Assembly (NCBI RefSeq): GCF_964355755.1
Contig: NC_092675.1
Span: 26,818,912-26,882,911, forward strand
Direction of reading: 5' to 3'
From: Antedon mediterranea
Lineage: Eukaryota; Animalia; Echinodermata
DNA: 64,000 nucleotides
Position 1 is the first letter of the stretch. Each line of letters starts with the position of its first letter. This document shows, in pieces, positions 60,922-64,000 of this stretch. The notes below the pieces were generated by a model. That model was not told the DNA's origin and searched no databases. It saw only the letters and a program-made list of their open reading frames with translations. Made by a program: the position numbers and the translations under genes.

Positions 60922-63557
60922 TTTGGTACATTTGATAAATCAAAAAATAACTATAGTGCACTTAATTACTGTCGGCTCATCAGGGGCAAAAAGGAAAAAG
61001 GACTTTACCACTGTAAAAGTGGGGATGCTGTAAGCCTACATACGTTTTTATAGGCCTACCAATCATTTAAAAAAAGTAAAATGAATCATGATAAATGAAA
61101 TTGGAAGGATTGAATATAAGGTAAACTATATGGCATGACTTGATAGACTAATTTATGTTGAAAATAAACCACAATTTTAGGTATAAAAAAACATTTTAAT
61201 TATTTAAAAAAAAGGAGGTATAATAATTGATGACTTATTAACATGCAAAAACATAATATATGTCTTGTTTCAAAATATACTGGTATTCTTTTCAGAGTAA
61301 ACATTTATCTTATATTATTTATTTTATTTTTTTATTATTTAACTTTGTTTCATGAGGGTAGCTAAAAAGCTGTACTACAGCAATACGCTGACTTAAAGAG
61401 GCCCTCTTAAAAACAATACAAAAGTCCTGTATTTTAAACTAAAGCCTTGTTCGCACTGAACTTGAAAAATGGTAACGGTAGTTTTACCCAGAATGTCATC
61501 GGAAGATTCGCACTTGGCAATATTCACGCAGTATAGTTTTACGGTAAATTCAGAACCTATAACCGTGCATGTACATAGAAACAAAATGAATCATTATTCT
61601 CAACATACTTAATAATTCACATTTGCCTTCCTGCAGTAGGCTGTATACACACAGAATAATAAACTACCAACAGTGGAGATATTATTCAGAATTGAATCTA
61701 ATTGAATTAGCCTATGGTTGTTGCATTAAAGAATTAAATAAATAAATAAGAAATTTAAATTTTTGTTTTCTACTGTCTGTGTACATACAGGCTTGTCGTT
61801 TCTACCAATGGCGGTTGTTGCAGCTCTGCTAAGTTGCACGATTTTGAATCTTCTTAAGTTTAATAATGCCCAGGAAGCAGCAGCTTTATGGACCACGAGG
61901 TTTGGTAAGGTAACTTAAGATTAAACAAACTAAAGTTAAGGTCATATAAACATTTCAAACCATTTAAACTCATACCTAAATTCCTGTTGAATCCACCTAC
62001 CATAAATTAATTAGCTTCTCCAAATTACTACTAACAAATTATAACAGAAACCTTTTCTAGATTTACATATGATCATAACAGTAATCTATGGTGGAGGTGA
62101 ATTCAATATACGTGATCAAACCTGTTAAGTGTGAAATTATGATTATGTTTTATCTCTATGATTCATTTTCATTAAAGCGTAACACTCGGTTGGAAACATA
62201 ATTTGCATAACACTGATTCCAATCGCTTCCTCAGATGTTAACAATGCATTTCTAAAAATACATGTTGTGGTATTTGATGGGGTTTTTTAAAAGCTGAGTT
62301 GCTGTGCTTGGAAATTGACTAATATCTATTTAAAGGTGAGAAGGGCTTAACCGGGACTTGCTAATTAGACTAGATTATGTAGGTTCAGTTTCGTTTGGTT
62401 TAGATTGATTATTTACGGGTTAGACTGATACACATCGCATATACAATCGTCCGGCCGATTTCGTAAACCCGGAAGGAATAATGATTCTCTACTAGCTACA
62501 TATTTTTATCCAATTATCTGTTGTTTTTGTTGTATTTGGTACGCTTCACGATCAACATTTCGGCCTACCATATATTTTGCATAAGCTACTAAAAATACTA
62601 TAATATTTAACCTTTACACTAAGGATAAAATAAGAGATTAAAAATAGTAGGCTAGTATTAGGTAAGCAAAGTATTATTAGGCCTATAAGTATTAATTTAT
62701 CTTATTTCAGATAGTAGTAAGTAAGTAAGCCAACTTGACTTGACTTGGCCTAGCCACCTCAGCCTCATCCGCTAGTATACCTTAACCACGTGGTTCAACC
62801 ATTATTGAAAGCGCAGCTGAAGTGTTGATAAGATATTGATATGCGCATCTTTGTAAAAATGTCCAGTACTCTAAAGTCTATTTTCTCATTGTTCTTACAG
62901 CTCATTATGTCGGTCGGTTTTTTGGTCTGTTGGTTGGTCCGATCGACCGACTGCAGCCATGTATATGGCCTTGTGAAAAATAGCCAACCAAAACATGTTG
63001 ATTTGATGAAAATAAAGAATTTTTAACGACTTTTTAGATATTCCCTTACTCGGTATAGCGGGTCTAACCCCTGTAGTAATATAATTGGCCTATAGCCTAT
63101 ATATATTTTTTTATATATAATATATTTTTGCTATTTATACATTCACAAGATGGAAAAATATCTGAAAAAAATAAGAATCCTTCTAAAAGTCAAATTTAAT
63201 AATAAACGATCATGTATTGCTGTAAATTTATTTTTCATTTGTCATAGGTTTACCATCGTCAGAAAATATGAATAGATATAAGATACTTACAGCCACGTGC
63301 ATGCGAGCAAGAATGACATCATCACTGATTCACCAAACACATCTTCTTTTTCGATAACCTTTCCTGATGAATACGATAATTTAAAAGTTTATAATTATTT
63401 ATGTTATGTAAGATTTGATCGCAACATAATCTAGTTGATAGTAACATACTCAGCTTTTTCCAATAATCATGTTGATTTTATCCTACTTTGCAGAACTTTT
63501 TTCATCAATTTTTTATATATTATTTGCAGGTAGTTTGTCTCGGCTACTACGAAGATC

Positions 63558-64000
63558 ATGGAAGAGTTACCGTTAACTTCAGTGGACAAGAGCAATTTGT
63601 TAAGGGCCATTACTTATGTTAAACAGGAAACCAATTCAAAAGAAAAGAACATTTTAAGTTTGCTTGCTTTTGAGAAAAAGTTCACAAGAAGCACCACACT
63701 TAATTATTTTGAAAAATTGATGAATCACAATCTAATTACAACCCAAGATGTGTCTGTGATGTATGAGATTCTACTTTTGATTGGAAACAAACGCTTGTGG
63801 ACATCAGTCAGAGAAAAACTGGTTGCTGATAACGGGAAGGTTCCAGACTATAAGTACGATGTAACAAAGGAGTCAAAACACTTTTCTGACTTTCGTCTTG
63901 CCTTGGTGGAAGTTGGACTTCAATTTACAGGCGATTTGGAAGAATTTCAATTTCTGTACGGAATAAAAGATTTCAGTTGCATTTGGAAAGTGCTGTTACA
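63558..64000 (+). CDS. Tandem death effector domain (DED)-like protein, N-terminal part; runs off the window
   Basis: Open frame after the acceptor TTTGCAG at 63529: MEELP...YFEKLMNHNLITTQDVSVMYEILLLIGNKRL (DED helices 4-6 pattern) ...HFSDFRLALVEVG..L..FQFLY (second DED start). Not in the ORF track because it has no stop in the window. Confidence 0.68.
   Translation, partial: MEELPLTSVDKSNLLRAITYVKQETNSKEKNILSLLAFEKKFTRSTTLNYFEKLMNHNLITTQDVSVMYEILLLIGNKRLWTSVREKLVADNGKVPDYKYDVTKESKHFSDFRLALVEVGLQFTGDLEEFQFLYGIKDFSCIWKVLL

Larger units (their letters stand above)
43370..63010 (+). repeat. Second unit of a tandem segmental duplication (first unit about 31352-42640)
   Basis: Collinear matches: 31352-31790 with 43370-43755; 35005-35835 with 52130-53237; 35905-37080 with 57825-59000; 38090-42640 with 59310-63010. 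Confidence 0.93.

Overview
AT-rich, intron-containing animal genomic DNA from a marine invertebrate. An echinoderm is my guess from the gene and repeat content and the abundant TAGGCCTA; it is not demonstrable. Host genes reconstructed by hand: (1) an arylsulfatase B-like gene (minus, 6 exons visible, runs off the left edge) whose first intron is a nest of LINEs; (2) an orphan Pro-rich/poly-Asp gene (minus, 6 exons, about 519 aa); (3) a disabled C-type lectin type I membrane receptor (plus); (4) two tandem, intact gamma-butyrobetaine/trimethyllysine dioxygenase-family paralogues (minus, 5 exons each) with reciprocal active-site differences; (5) a tandem death-effector-domain ORF at the right edge. 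Mobile DNA: CR1-like, L2-like (intact ORF2), two L1/Tx1-like LINEs (both with TSDs, one with intact ORF2), a Penelope-like element, an internally deleted THAP/P element, Harbinger- and Mutator-type MITEs, DINE/Helentron-type elements, and an 8.4-kb Maverick-like remnant carrying a spliced ALKBH2-like pseudogene. The most striking signal is a group of small non-coding elements sitting in or beside (TA)n runs: a 175-195-bp repeat with a minimal hammerhead ribozyme (5 cores, twice in tandem), a 369-bp tandem unit with an internal tRNA cloverleaf and Pol III terminator, a 134-bp-arm palindrome around a tRNA half, and a Penelope element with its own hammerhead. This is a candidate Penelope-dependent retrozyme plus tRNA-cassette system. 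All coordinates were counted by eye and may be off by a few bases.
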